DNA from: Ascoidea asiatica JCM 7603
Lineage: Eukaryota; Fungi; Ascomycota
Length of the DNA: 64,000 nt
Assembly: GCA_001600695.1 (NCBI GenBank)
Contig: BCKQ01000001.1
Location: 796,432 to 860,431 of the forward strand
Direction: 5' to 3'
A program made the translations under genes and the position numbers. Positions 1 through 11,500 of the stretch are shown piece by piece. Numbering within the stretch: position 1 is the first letter of the stretch; each line of letters begins with the position of its first letter. A model generated the notes under the pieces. That model was not told where the DNA came from, did no database searches, and saw only the letters and a program-made list of their open reading frames with translations.

Positions 1-93
1 TTGTAGGAGATTTCTGTTATTCTTTTTGTTTTTTTTTCGCGTTCCAGAAGCCCGATAGCAAAAAAAAAAAAAAATTCTAAGAAAAAGACAAAT

Positions 94-103
94 TTACGCG
101 TAA
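94..103. promoter_or_regulatory. MCB element (ACGCGT) inside palindrome TTACGCGTAA
   Basis: ACGCGT at 96-101, with a related TTCGCGT near 36-42 next to a poly-T run. Probably serves a gene outside the window. Confidence 0.4.
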
Positions 104-1875
104 TTTCGACAAATTCTCCGTTGAGCAAGGTAAAATACTTGACTGGGAAAAGTTAAGAGATGAAACCAGGGACAAAATAGATGAAATCAAAAAAGACCCA
201 AGTCATCTCCTCTTTTCTTTTTATGGAATGAAATCCATCAACTTGAACTTGGGACTTCAATTCGTGAAGTTATTGTACAGTAATCAACAAATTTAGTTCA
301 GTGGCAGATAGTTATCGGACCAATAAAACTTCAATGGAAAGAGATTCGTTGGAGCAAACTACCAGTAATTTACTATTTTGCTACTGCCATTACTGAACTG
401 GCGCAATAAAGTAGTTGAAATCTTGGTAAATAACTGATTAATTGCTACCTGGAAATAAACACAAAGACAATTTTGTTTATATTTATGCAAAATATAGTAA
501 TACTGTTATTACTATTACTAATGGTGAAATACTTTAAAGAATAACAGTGGAATTATATTAACTGTGGAATTATTTGATTCATTACTGCATTTTTATAGCA
601 CTAGGTGAGTAATAGTTACCATAATATGGCGAGGTGAGCGAAGTGAATAAATCTGAAGAAGGTGAGTAGTGTCATCGAAGGAGAGAAAGGGCCCATCTTC
701 CGATGGCCACTGCTGATATTAATATTAGTAACAGTAGTTGCAATAGTCCCAGTATTCGTACACTGAGAAAAGCACTGGGCAATGCGGGCATTTTCAGCGT
801 ATTTCGGTACTTTTTCTACGTGATTGCGGGACTAAAAGTAGTTTTTTATATTCCTGAAGGCCCGCTAGATCCATAATTCCCGAAGACCCGATACCGATAG
901 ATTTGTTCCCATTATTTGTTTCGGATTTTTCTTCGGCACGAGCTTTTTGCGCAGTGGGCTATTTCCTGAGCGCTTCAATGGGTCAATTGGGACCAATTTG
1001 AAACAGGCCACGTGCCTGAAGTTGTTTTACCAGTTGCCATAGCAACTTTCACTGGGGGGTGTGCTGTCAAAACCTCCACGCAGAACCTTAAAAGAGGGCC
1101 CGCGTTTTTACACAGCAGCACCGGATTTCCAGTGTTTCCGTGCGAGTATTTCAGTTGCCATTGCTACGAACCTTATTTTCCTTGCGCAGTTTCCACTGTT
1201 TTTTTTTTCTTCTCAGGGCACAATAACAAATACAAAAAGCAAAGCAAAAGAGCCATCATGAAATGGTTAGCAAAAAAAAAAGTATTTTAAATTTTATTCA
1301 TCTAACGCTAACTAAAATATCAATTTTATAATGAAAAATTTAAAAAACAAAACAATATTAACAATAAACATATTATTAAAAATGTAATTTCATAATCTTT
1401 CAAGTTATAATTGTTATTTTATTATTTATAATGTTAGATTCTTCAAGTTTATATAATATTTTAAAACATAATCAAATCATCATCTTATCAAAAAGATTTA
1501 AAACCATAATAACTAAATTAAATTAAAATAAAATAAAATAAGTAATCAAACTCATTTCAAATCAATTTTAACATAATTATCTAAAATAAAATAAATAACA
1601 TTAAAAGAATATCTTTTTATTTTATTCTTTTATTATCTTCAAGACTTCATATATTTATATATATAATTATTTATATATATATATCTTTATTCATAAAATG
1701 ACTTCTTTTTATCTTTCTTAAATATTTATATCTTTTCAATTTTATATATCATTATTTAATTTTAAAAATTTATTATTTTTTATATTCTCATATATAATAT
1801 AATCATTATTCAATTCAAGCAATCATCTCATATATCACATAATATCAAATAATATCATATCATACCATTTTCAAA

Positions 1876-3570
1876 ATGAGTAACAATAACAATAATAATA
1901 ACAATAACAACAATAATAACTTGAATCAATTTACAAATCAAAAAGTTTCTTTCAAATTAGAAGATATACTGTCAGATCATCGTTTATCAAGAACAATATC
2001 TTCAACAAGTAATTCAACTTCAAGTTCTTCAATCTTTAGTCAATTACATTCAAGAAATACTTCATATTCTTCTTTATTACCTTCAAATTTAACTTCAAAT
2101 TATAATTCAAATAATAATTTAATCTCTTTACCAAATAATAACTCAAATAATGCCAATAATAATAATAATAACTTAAACATAATTAATAATATTAATCTTG
2201 CAAATAGTTTACTGTTTCAAAGTTTAATAAGTGCTGATTCTCCATATTTATCAAGAACTAATTCTGCTGATTTTGATTATCAATATCAATATCATTTATT
2301 AAATAATCTTAATAATCTTAACAATCTAAACAATAATAATAATAACATCAACGTAAGAAATGATATCAGAAATGATATTGAAAACTTAAATTCAATTGAT
2401 AATTTATTACAATCTTCAATAATTTCATCTCAAAAACAAATTGAAAATGAAATTCAAACTCCAATTGAAAATATTAATAAAACTAAATTTTTAATAATCT
2501 TAGTTGGTTTACCAGCTTGTGGTAAATCAACAATTGCAAAAAAATTAAAACAAGATTTAGAAAAAGATTTAAATTTAAATGTTGGTTTATTTAATGCAGG
2601 TAATGTTAGAAGAAATTTTTTATTTAAAAAAAATCAAAATGCAAAATATTTTGATTTTAATAATAAAGAAACTTCTATTCAAAGAGAATTATTTGCAAAA
2701 ATTGCTTTAGATAATTGTTTAACATCTTTATTATTACCAAATCAAATTGATATTGGAATTTTTGATGCAACAAATTCAACAAAAAAAAGAAGATTAAGTT
2801 TATATAATTCAATTGAATTAAAAAAATTAGAATTTAAAAATTCTAATAGTAATAATACTTTTGGTAATAATGATGATAATTTAAAAGTTATATTATTAGA
2901 TATTAAAAGTTCAAATTTAAAAAATTGGAAATTTAATATTGAATTAAAAATTATTTCATCACCAGATTATGTTGGTATGAATCATAAAGATGGTTTAAAA
3001 GATTTTATTATCAGAAGTAAAAATTATCTTGAAGCTTTTGAACCTGTAACTAAAAAAGAAATTGATAAATATAAATGGAATTATATAATTCTTGATAATT
3101 CTGGAACTTTTACATATTTTGATAAAAAACCAAATGATAATTCAAATAAAAAGTCAATTAAAAATACTAATACTAATACTACTAATAATAATAATGAAAC
3201 AAACAAAAATCCAAAAGAATATACATTAATGGGACCTCCACCTAAAAGAAGAAACACATTAACCATCAATGATTCACATACTTTTATTTTAAATGATGAG
3301 GAAGAAGAAGAAGAGGAAGATTTCGATGAAGAAGATACAATTGAAAATTATACTGAAAATAGAATCGAAGATAATATAGTATATAAAGAAATCTGTTCAT
3401 TCTTAAAGACATATAAAGAAAAATATTGTGAAACATATTTCATGAAACTAAATAATTTCTTCAAAGATAAAGCAAATGAAGATCATGAAGAATTAAAAAT
3501 TTTAGATTCAGTTGGAAAAATTTATGAAGATAAATTAAAAGTTTCTTATGGAAATATTTTAAATGAGTAG
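1876..3570 (+). CDS. PFK27: 6-phosphofructo-2-kinase, Pfk27-type (kinase domain only)
   Basis: ILVGLPACGKST P-loop, FNAGNVRR, IFDATNSTKKRR and SPDY motifs of the 6PF2K domain. No C-terminal RHG bisphosphatase domain. N-terminus is Asn/Ser-rich. Confidence 0.8.
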   Translation: MSNNNNNNNNNNNNNLNQFTNQKVSFKLEDILSDHRLSRTISSTSNSTSSSSIFSQLHSRNTSYSSLLPSNLTSNYNSNNNLISLPNNNSNNANNNNNNLNIINNINLANSLLFQSLISADSPYLSRTNSADFDYQYQYHLLNNLNNLNNLNNNNNNINVRNDIRNDIENLNSIDNLLQSSIISSQKQIENEIQTPIENINKTKFLIILVGLPACGKSTIAKKLKQDLEKDLNLNVGLFNAGNVRRNFLFKKNQNAKYFDFNNKETSIQRELFAKIALDNCLTSLLLPNQIDIGIFDATNSTKKRRLSLYNSIELKKLEFKNSNSNNTFGNNDDNLKVILLDIKSSNLKNWKFNIELKIISSPDYVGMNHKDGLKDFIIRSKNYLEAFEPVTKKEIDKYKWNYIILDNSGTFTYFDKKPNDNSNKKSIKNTNTNTTNNNNETNKNPKEYTLMGPPPKRRNTLTINDSHTFILNDEEEEEEEDFDEEDTIENYTENRIEDNIVYKEICSFLKTYKEKYCETYFMKLNNFFKDKANEDHEELKILDSVGKIYEDKLKVSYGNILNE

Positions 3571-4584
3571 TATTTTATTTTCTAAGAACAAATTATGATT
3601 TTTTTATTAGCTTTTTTTTTTTCATGTTATTGATTTTTAACTATATTTTACTATTTTTATTATTACTTTTACCATTTTTATTACTTTAATCATTTTTATT
3701 ATTTTCATTATCATTACTATTATAATAGTTAAACGGGATTTTAAAGGTTAGCATTGATATATATATATATCTTATTTTTTATTTTTATTTTATTTATAAT
3801 TTATTTCCAATTATATTTCTATTTATCTTTTTCAAATCATTTATTATCAAAAAAGTTATTTTTTTCAAATTTTAATTCTCTATCAATTTCTTTTCCTTTT
3901 TAGTGCTTAAGTTAAGATACATTATAATGGCATTCAATATTTCTAAAGCCTAATAGATATGGTGTGCTATTTTTATTTCTTTCTTCTATACATTTTCTCT
4001 TATATATCTTTTCTGAATCTTTCTTTCTGTTTCTATTAAGTATTTTCTAATAATATAATATAATACTACACATTACAATCTAGATATTTCTGAGCAATGT
4101 AAAGATACCTTTATTTTATTTTCCTTAGTTAATTTCCTTTTACATAGTAAGTCTCGAAGGTTTACATTATTGATTATGTAATAAATTATACAATATATAT
4201 TTAGGTACCAATAAAATGGATTTAATGTACACTGAAGTTCCTTTTACATTTACATACAACTACATTCCATCCCCACTGGTGGTTTTTCTTTTATTTGCCT
4301 CTTTACAAACACTCTTTCTTTCTTTCTTTCTCTTTCTTTCTTCCTCCGGCTCTCTCATCTCTCTTTGTTCAGTCTCTTTCTTCTTCTCTCCTCTTTACTT
4401 TACGGGTATCATTCAAAGTGGGAAAACGCTGTTGTTTAGCCGTCGTCACTTATTTCCCAAAAATGACCTTCTTAAACAGGACTTTATAATATTCTTTTCC
4501 TTTCTTAAATCCATTAACTATGCACTAATAAACACACACTTTCCCCGTAATACCGCTCCATTTCACCATTTCACCTCTTTGAAA

Positions 4585-4594
4585 TGAAAATTTT
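4585..4594 (+). promoter_or_regulatory. RRPE / rapid-growth element TGAAAATTTT
   Basis: Consensus match about 340 bp upstream of HSP60, abutting the HSE. Confidence 0.55.
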
Positions 4595-4609
4595 CTTCTC
4601 GAACTTTCT
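4595..4609. promoter_or_regulatory. Heat-shock element (Hsf1) cTTCtcGAActTTCt
   Basis: Three contiguous inverted nGAAn units upstream of HSP60, with a TATATATAA box near 4743. Confidence 0.8.
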
Positions 4610-4925
4610 CTTGAGCACTGCACACCTGCGACTTTTAAAACCGCTGAGATTTCATCAAATTTCATCAATTTTAGTCAAAATCTTGCCTTTTGCCTTTTTC
4701 ACCTTTATTCTTTTCACTTTCCTTCACATCCATTTTCCTAAATATATATAACCAGTGATTAAATTCAATAATAACAATCTTAATAATTAATTAACTAATT
4801 TATAAAGGACTTAGAAATTAATTTCATATTATTCTTCACTACTTTTAACAATCTGTAAATACTTAATACTCTCATATACATATATATTTCTTTTTCTCAA
4901 TTGTTAATAATAATTAATTTATAAA

Positions 4926-6650
4926 ATGTTTAGATTTGCAAAACCAACTTTAAATAAAATAATAAGACCAAATACAACTTCAATTCGTTTTATTCATAAT
5001 GAATTAAAATTCGGTGTTGAAGGTAGAGCAGCTTTATTAAAAGGTGTAGATACTTTAGCAAAAGCAGTTTCTGTAACTTTAGGACCAAAAGGTAGAAATG
5101 TTTTAATTGAACAAGGTTTTGGTTCTCCAAAAATAACAAAAGATGGTGTAACTGTAGCAAGATCAATTCAATTACCAAATAAATTTGAAGATTTAGGTGC
5201 TAAATTATTACAAGATGTTGCTTCAAAAACTAATGAAAGTGCTGGTGATGGTACAACTTCTGCAACTGTTTTAGCTCATTCTATATTTAGTGAAAGTGTT
5301 AAAAATGTAGCTGCAGGTTGTAATCCAATGGATTTAAGAAGAGGTACAAAATTTGCTGTTGATAAAGTTGTTGAATTTATTACTAAAAATAAAAAAGCTG
5401 TAACAACTTCTGAAGAAATCGCTCAAGTTGCAACTATTTCTGCAAATGGTGATAAACATATTGGTTCTTTATTAGCTTCTGCAATGGAAAAAGTTGGTAA
5501 AGAAGGTGTTATAACTATTAAAGAAGGTAAAACTTTAGATGATGAATTAGAAGTTACTGAAGGTATGAAATTCGATAGAGGTTTTATTTCTCCATATTTT
5601 ATGACTAATGTTAAAAGTGGTAAAGCAGAATTAGAAAATCCATTAATTTTATTTTCTGAAAAAAAAATTTCAAGTATGCAAGATCTTTTACCTGCTTTAG
5701 AAATTTCTGTAAAAGCAAGAAGACCTTTATTAGTTATTGCAGAAGATTTAGATGGTGAAGCTTTAGGTACTTGTGTTATTAATGTACTTAAAGGTGCAAT
5801 TCAATTTTGTGCTGTTAAAGCTCCAGGTTTTGGTGATAATAGAAAAAATACTTTAGGTGATTTAGCTATTTTAACTGGTGGTACCGTATTTACAAATGAA
5901 TTAGATCTTAAAGTTTCTGATGTTACTATGGATTTATTAGGTAAAGCTGGTTCAATTTCTATAACAAAAGAAGATACTGTAATCTTAAATGGTGAAGGTT
6001 CAAAAGATTCTGTACAACAAAGAGCTGATCAAATTAGAAATGTTATTAATCAATCAACAACTTCTGAATATGAAAAAGAAAAATTACAAGAAAGAATTGC
6101 CAAATTAACTGGTGGTGTTGCCGTAATTAAAGTAGGTGGTACTTCTGAAGTTGAAGTTGGTGAAAAAAAAGATCGTTATGATGATGCTTTAAATGCAACA
6201 AGAGCTGCTGTTCAAGAAGGTATATTACCAGGTGGTGGTACTGCTTTATTAAAAGCTTCTTTAATCTTAGATGAAATTAAAGTTGATAATTTTGATCAAC
6301 ATTTAGGTGTTAATATTATTAAACATGCAATTAAAAAACCTGCAAAAACAATTTTAGAAAATGCTGGTGAAGATGGTGCTGTAATTGTTGGTAAATTATT
6401 AGATGAATTTGGTGCTGATTTTAATAAAGGTTATGATTCTGCTAATGGTAAATATGTTGATATGTTAGAAGCTGGTATAATTGATCCTTTAAGAGTTGTT
6501 AGAAATGGTTTAGTTGATGCTTCTGGTGTTGCTTCTTTATTAGCAACCACTGAATGTGCAATCACTAAAGTTGAAGATCCAAAACCTGTTGGTGGTGCTC
6601 CTGGTATGGGAGGAATGGGTGGCATGGGCGGAATGCCTGGTATGATGTAA
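4926..6650 (+). CDS. HSP60: Mitochondrial chaperonin Hsp60 (GroEL family)
   Basis: Basic mitochondrial presequence; [20 protein letters not shown] and [12 protein letters not shown] motifs; C-terminal GGM repeats. Confidence 0.99.
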   Translation: MFRFAKPTLNKIIRPNTTSIRFIHNELKFGVEGRAALLKGVDTLAKAVSVTLGPKGRNVLIEQGFGSPKITKDGVTVARSIQLPNKFEDLGAKLLQDVASKTNESAGDGTTSATVLAHSIFSESVKNVAAGCNPMDLRRGTKFAVDKVVEFITKNKKAVTTSEEIAQVATISANGDKHIGSLLASAMEKVGKEGVITIKEGKTLDDELEVTEGMKFDRGFISPYFMTNVKSGKAELENPLILFSEKKISSMQDLLPALEISVKARRPLLVIAEDLDGEALGTCVINVLKGAIQFCAVKAPGFGDNRKNTLGDLAILTGGTVFTNELDLKVSDVTMDLLGKAGSISITKEDTVILNGEGSKDSVQQRADQIRNVINQSTTSEYEKEKLQERIAKLTGGVAVIKVGGTSEVEVGEKKDRYDDALNATRAAVQEGILPGGGTALLKASLILDEIKVDNFDQHLGVNIIKHAIKKPAKTILENAGEDGAVIVGKLLDEFGADFNKGYDSANGKYVDMLEAGIIDPLRVVRNGLVDASGVASLLATTECAITKVEDPKPVGGAPGMGGMGGMGGMPGMM

Positions 6651-6849
6651 TCCAATAAAATAATCTTATAAAATGTTATTAAACTTGTAAATATATTTAA
6701 ATCCCTTAATTTTTTTTATCCTTTAGATAAAATTTATGTGTATATATTCATGTATACAGTATATATATATATTAGATAAATTTATTTAATCCAATTGTAA
6801 CTAAACTAATTAATGAATGACATAAATGAATAATAAAAAATAAATCTTT

Positions 6850-7500
6850 TTATATCTCTTCTTTTCTTTCCCATAAAGTAAATTGAAATTTAAAATCTTT
6901 TTTTACAATGTAATCCTCTTTTGGTAACTCAATATCTTCACCGATATACTTATTTAATTCATTTTTATCCTTTTTAATCCAATCTTTATTTATATCATTT
7001 TCTTTGAACTTTAAAAATGTATCCATTTCAATATTTAATTTCTCATTTATATTATAAATTTCTGTTAATATAAGTTTTCGAATTTTCGAATTGGTCAAAC
7101 AATTGTTATAAATTTCTGCTCCTCCAATTATGAATATTTTTTCAATCATTGAATTATTTGAAAGGTTATTGATTCCAATATTTAAATCATTACAATATAT
7201 TATATTTTTATTATTTTCATCAATTTTATAATCTTCTTTGAAATTTCTCGATAATATAACATTGATTCTATTCATTAATGGACGAAATTTAATTGGAATA
7301 CTTTCCCAAGTTTTTCTACCCATAATAACTGCATTTTTATTATCTTTTATTTTTGTATTTGAAGTTACTTTAACAAAATATTTCATTTCTTCTTTCAATC
7401 TCCATGGCATTTTACCTTTAAAACCAATTCCATAACTTGGTAATAAAGATGCAACTATCATCACTACATCTTTATTTGAACACTTAATAACTGAACTCAT
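6850..7500 (-). CDS. DFR1: Dihydrofolate reductase
   Basis: GIGFKGKMPWRL, VIMGRKTWESIP, RPLMNRINVILSR, FIIGGAEIY and MDTF motifs. Confidence 0.97.
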   Translation of the reverse strand: MSSVIKCSNKDVVMIVASLLPSYGIGFKGKMPWRLKEEMKYFVKVTSNTKIKDNKNAVIMGRKTWESIPIKFRPLMNRINVILSRNFKEDYKIDENNKNIIYCNDLNIGINNLSNNSMIEKIFIIGGAEIYNNCLTNSKIRKLILTEIYNINEKLNIEMDTFLKFKENDINKDWIKKDKNELNKYIGEDIELPKEDYIVKKDFKFQFTLWERKEEI

Positions 7501-7804
7501 TTTTATTTAATTTCTAAACTTTTCAATATCTTTGAAAGTATTTTCTGTCCAATGATTCAGCTTTAGAAAGGGATTCCAAAATGTAAATACTCTGTTTTAA
7601 AGTTATTTCATTATTCAAATCGGTAGAAACTATGTATGCTATGAAAATTACGCGCCGACAACAGCCTCCGCCATATAAAAATATATAATCAATATATGAA
7701 AGATTGATTATATTGAAGTAAATCTAAATTAAATATAGTCTAATCTCTTTTTGATTTATTATAAATTATTCTTCATTTCTCATATATTCATACTTACTTT
7801 AATA

Positions 7805-8233
7805 ATGGATAAATCTTTTACAAAAACTATTACCACTGAATTAGAGGTTCAATTCCAAGACCCAATTCAATTATGTTTAACTGTTCCTACCAAAAAACCA
7901 TTAACAAAATCATTATCAAAGAATAAAATTCCAATAATAATATTTTTAAGTAAAAAAGGTGGAAATACAGAATTTGGTTGTTATATATATTCAATTCCAA
8001 CAGAAAGAAATAATAAAATCGAGATTATTTCTTCTGTTCTAATTAATTCAAATGATAACTTATTAGATATGACTCGAAGATTATCTCAATCAGTTTCAAA
8101 AATCTTTAATTCTCCAAGTTATGTTAGTATTAATGGAAATGATATAGATATTCTTGAATCAACTTCCTATATCAAAGCTGCTTTAGATTACATTAAAAAT
8201 TTATACAATACTTCAGATGATTTATTAATTTAA
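7805..8233 (+). CDS. POC4: Proteasome assembly chaperone Poc4/Pba4-like
   Basis: First ATG at 7805 (the track starts at a TTG). KIPI...GCYIYSIP...DMTRRLSQSVSKIFNSPSYVS resembles yeast Poc4 (CYYYAIP...DMARHMATIISERFNRPCYV). 142 aa. Confidence 0.75.
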   Translation: MDKSFTKTITTELEVQFQDPIQLCLTVPTKKPLTKSLSKNKIPIIIFLSKKGGNTEFGCYIYSIPTERNNKIEIISSVLINSNDNLLDMTRRLSQSVSKIFNSPSYVSINGNDIDILESTSYIKAALDYIKNLYNTSDDLLI

Positions 8234-8590
8234 TAAACTTACTTTATCAAATATATAAAAAGCTTATTTATTAATGCAATTGTAGAATGAAAACTAACAA
8301 ACAAAAAAAATAAAAGTATAAAAATAAAAAAATGAAAAAAATAAAATAATATTAACATTAAAAAGGTGATATAACAGAATAGATAAATGTGAAAAATCGA
8401 AAAAAAAATAAATAAACAAGAATTGAAAATTAACAATTATATAATAATATGTATAAGGAGTCATTAAATTGTCCGAAAGTAAAATAAAATAAGAATAGAT
8501 TATTGGATTAAAATTATACATTGTCATCATAAGTAAAACAGAAAATTTATATTCAAATCATTTAATATGGAAAGGGAAAAATAATTTAAA

Positions 8591-11500
8591 CTATTTGATA
8601 TAATGGGAATTAAGTATATCAATTTCTTGACATAGGACATGCCAATCAACTTCTCTTAAAGGTTTTTTCTTTTTTAAAACCAATTCTTTATCAGGCTCTT
8701 TTCCTTTATCTGTTCTTTTAAGTAGTTTTTTATTTTGATTAACAGTTCTTAAATTCTCTTTATAATTTGTAAATTCTTCAAACTTTAATAAATCATAGAA
8801 AATTTTTAAATTTGGTTGAATAATTAAGTTAAGTCTCCTTACTCTAACATATAAATATGCTCTAGATAAAGATATCTTAAGATAGTTCATTACTTCAGCA
8901 ATACACAACGAAGCTGATCTAGATACCCCAACTTTACAATTTACTAAAATTTTTGCATTATTTCCCAGTTGTTTTGCTCTATTTCTGAAAATTTCTAATA
9001 ATTTAAGGAGATATAGGAAATATGGATTAAAAGAATCAATACCATTGTCTTGAAGATTTGGTAAATAAACAATTTTTTTAACAAATGGAAGAGGATTTTT
9101 AATTTCAATTATATCATCTTCACATAAGTTTTTGATTTCTGAAATTAACCCAAAAGAAGATAAATAGGAATAATAATTTGAGGATGATAAAGATTTTACC
9201 AATTTTTCAGGTTTAAAATCATTCACATATGGCTGATATAAATCCAACCATTCAGGCTGTTCACCAATTGTGATTATGTATTTGATATTCAAGAGTTTCA
9301 AAATTGTTTTAGAATTAACATGATTTAAGTTACCAAGATATAAATAAGGTAAAACTTTTGAAGGCAAATTATTATCATTTTGAGTTGAAAACCAATCAAC
9401 AGTGAAATTTTTATTATCTTTGATAGTTTCATTGAAAGTTTTGAATTTAGGATTTTTTTTATCCAAAATATATTCAAGTTCCTTAATAGGTCTTTCATGA
9501 TTTGATTCATGTAGTGTCATATAGGTATAAACATTTAAATAATATTTTCTTTTGTACATTGTATCATACCATATTCCTATTTCTGTTAAATCAATATCTC
9601 TTAAAATTTTTTCATCAACAAGTGACCTACTTGTTGAAATATTAGCATAAATCCAATGCCATGAATAAAATAAGAGAATTTTTTCTAAGAAAGATAATAT
9701 TTCATAATCACAAGGGAAAAAGTATAAAACTTTTTCATAAATTAGCTGATATTTTAAAATAGAGTTATTTAAAGAAATAAAATTTTTGAAAATTTCTAGA
9801 CATAAACTTAACAATGACAAATGAGTAAATCCATCATAACAATAGATCAATATTTTGAAATTTTTTTTTATGGAAAGCACATTAAGTAGCTTAAGAAAAT
9901 TTAAAATTGAAATTATATCATTCCTGGTCATTAAAGGAGAATTATATGAACCAGATGCAGGGAATTCTAGTTCAATTATCTCTTCTTCCTCATCTTCTGA
10001 ATCCATATCATCATCACTATCTGTATCTCTGGGTCTGGAAGCATCTGAGGAGTATTTATTTAATAACTCCAGAATGAAAGAAGAACTTGGAAATCTAGCA
10101 CCTTCTTTACAATTAATCAATACCTTAAAATCCTTATCATTACTTTCATCAATTTTTTCATTAACTGATGCCAATTTATCTTTTATAGTTTTGATTTGAG
10201 TCTTTATCTTCTGGAGCTGATTTAAGCTTTGATTAGTGATAATACTTCCCTTTTTCAATTTAGATCTTAGTAATTTTTTTTCAAATTTTAAATTATTTAA
10301 ATAAGAAGTGTATGTACTTCTTTTAGATTTAAGCTTGAAATTTGACATCACATTATTATAATCAATAATATTACCAATATATATATTTTTGTAAACTTCA
10401 ATGGAAGAAGTTATTAACCAATTCTCAAACTTTTCATGAAGAAGATAATTTTTACTCCAATTATTTAAATCCTTTTGCAATATAGAAGATGAGTAAGGCA
10501 CTATAAACGGATTTGTATTAGTAGTAGTAAGCACCTGGTTCTTAGTCTTTTCAAGTTTTGGAATCTCTAAATTCATTGGTTTAGTTGTATTATTTTCTGG
10601 TGGGAATTTAAAAAAGCTTCTTGTATATATATAATCTTCCAAGCCTTTATTTTGCTCAATCTCATATTCATTTACATCAAAATTTAATAAAAGTTCTGGA
10701 TGGTAGTCCAATATAAAACAGTTTGACTCGTCAAATTTAAATTCAAGGGGCAGATCTTTGTTATTACCAATTAATCTCATGAATTTCTCTAATTCTTCAA
10801 AGTAGATTTTTTTTTGAAGTAAACCAAATATTTTAGCAAATTTTTCACATTCTTCAGTATTATTATCATTATTATATAATATGATATTAGAAAACTTGAA
10901 AAGTAATAGGTTTTGACAATTGAAATTTCTTAAATTGATTTCAAATGCATTGGATTTAAATTCCATAACAGAATCATCGTTAGCTGAGACAAATGACACT
11001 GGTGATTTAGCATTTCCGGTAAACTTTCGGCCATTAATTGATAGATCTTCATTACTTAAATCAATCAAATCAAATGAATCTGACACAACGGAAGAAGCAG
11101 AACTATCATTTCCTTTAGGAACAGCTAAAGAGGAGCTAGAGTTTGAAACTTGTTTGCATAATGAACTATATGGTGGCATAGGAGGGGTAAGAATGTTATC
11201 GAGATTCTGGTTAGAAGAGTTATTTCCAAACGCAAACAAAGAGCCTAGCTTAGATCTAGAAACATCCAGATGAGAACGTTTTGCATTAACTTTAGGGCTT
11301 CGACTAGGAGCACTAGCAGATGCTGATCTTTCTTCTTTTCTCTGCTTGCTTTTTGCTTTTGCTTTAGATTTTTTATTCAAATTTAACTCTTCTAAATTCA
11401 AATCATTTCTTGAGTCACCACCTATCTTATTTTGCAAAATATCCCAAGGGTAAATGGTACCTTTGATATAAAAATTTTTTCTAATAAAGTTAGATAAAGA

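Noticed and set aside
1012-1290. 92-aa and 66-aa ORFs upstream of PFK27
   Set aside because: GTG starts, poly-T/poly-A content and atypical codons indicate promoter DNA.
4216-4587. 123-aa hydrophobic ORF upstream of HSP60
   Set aside because: Phe/Ser/Leu richness comes from a CT-rich promoter tract, and it runs into the RRPE/HSE.
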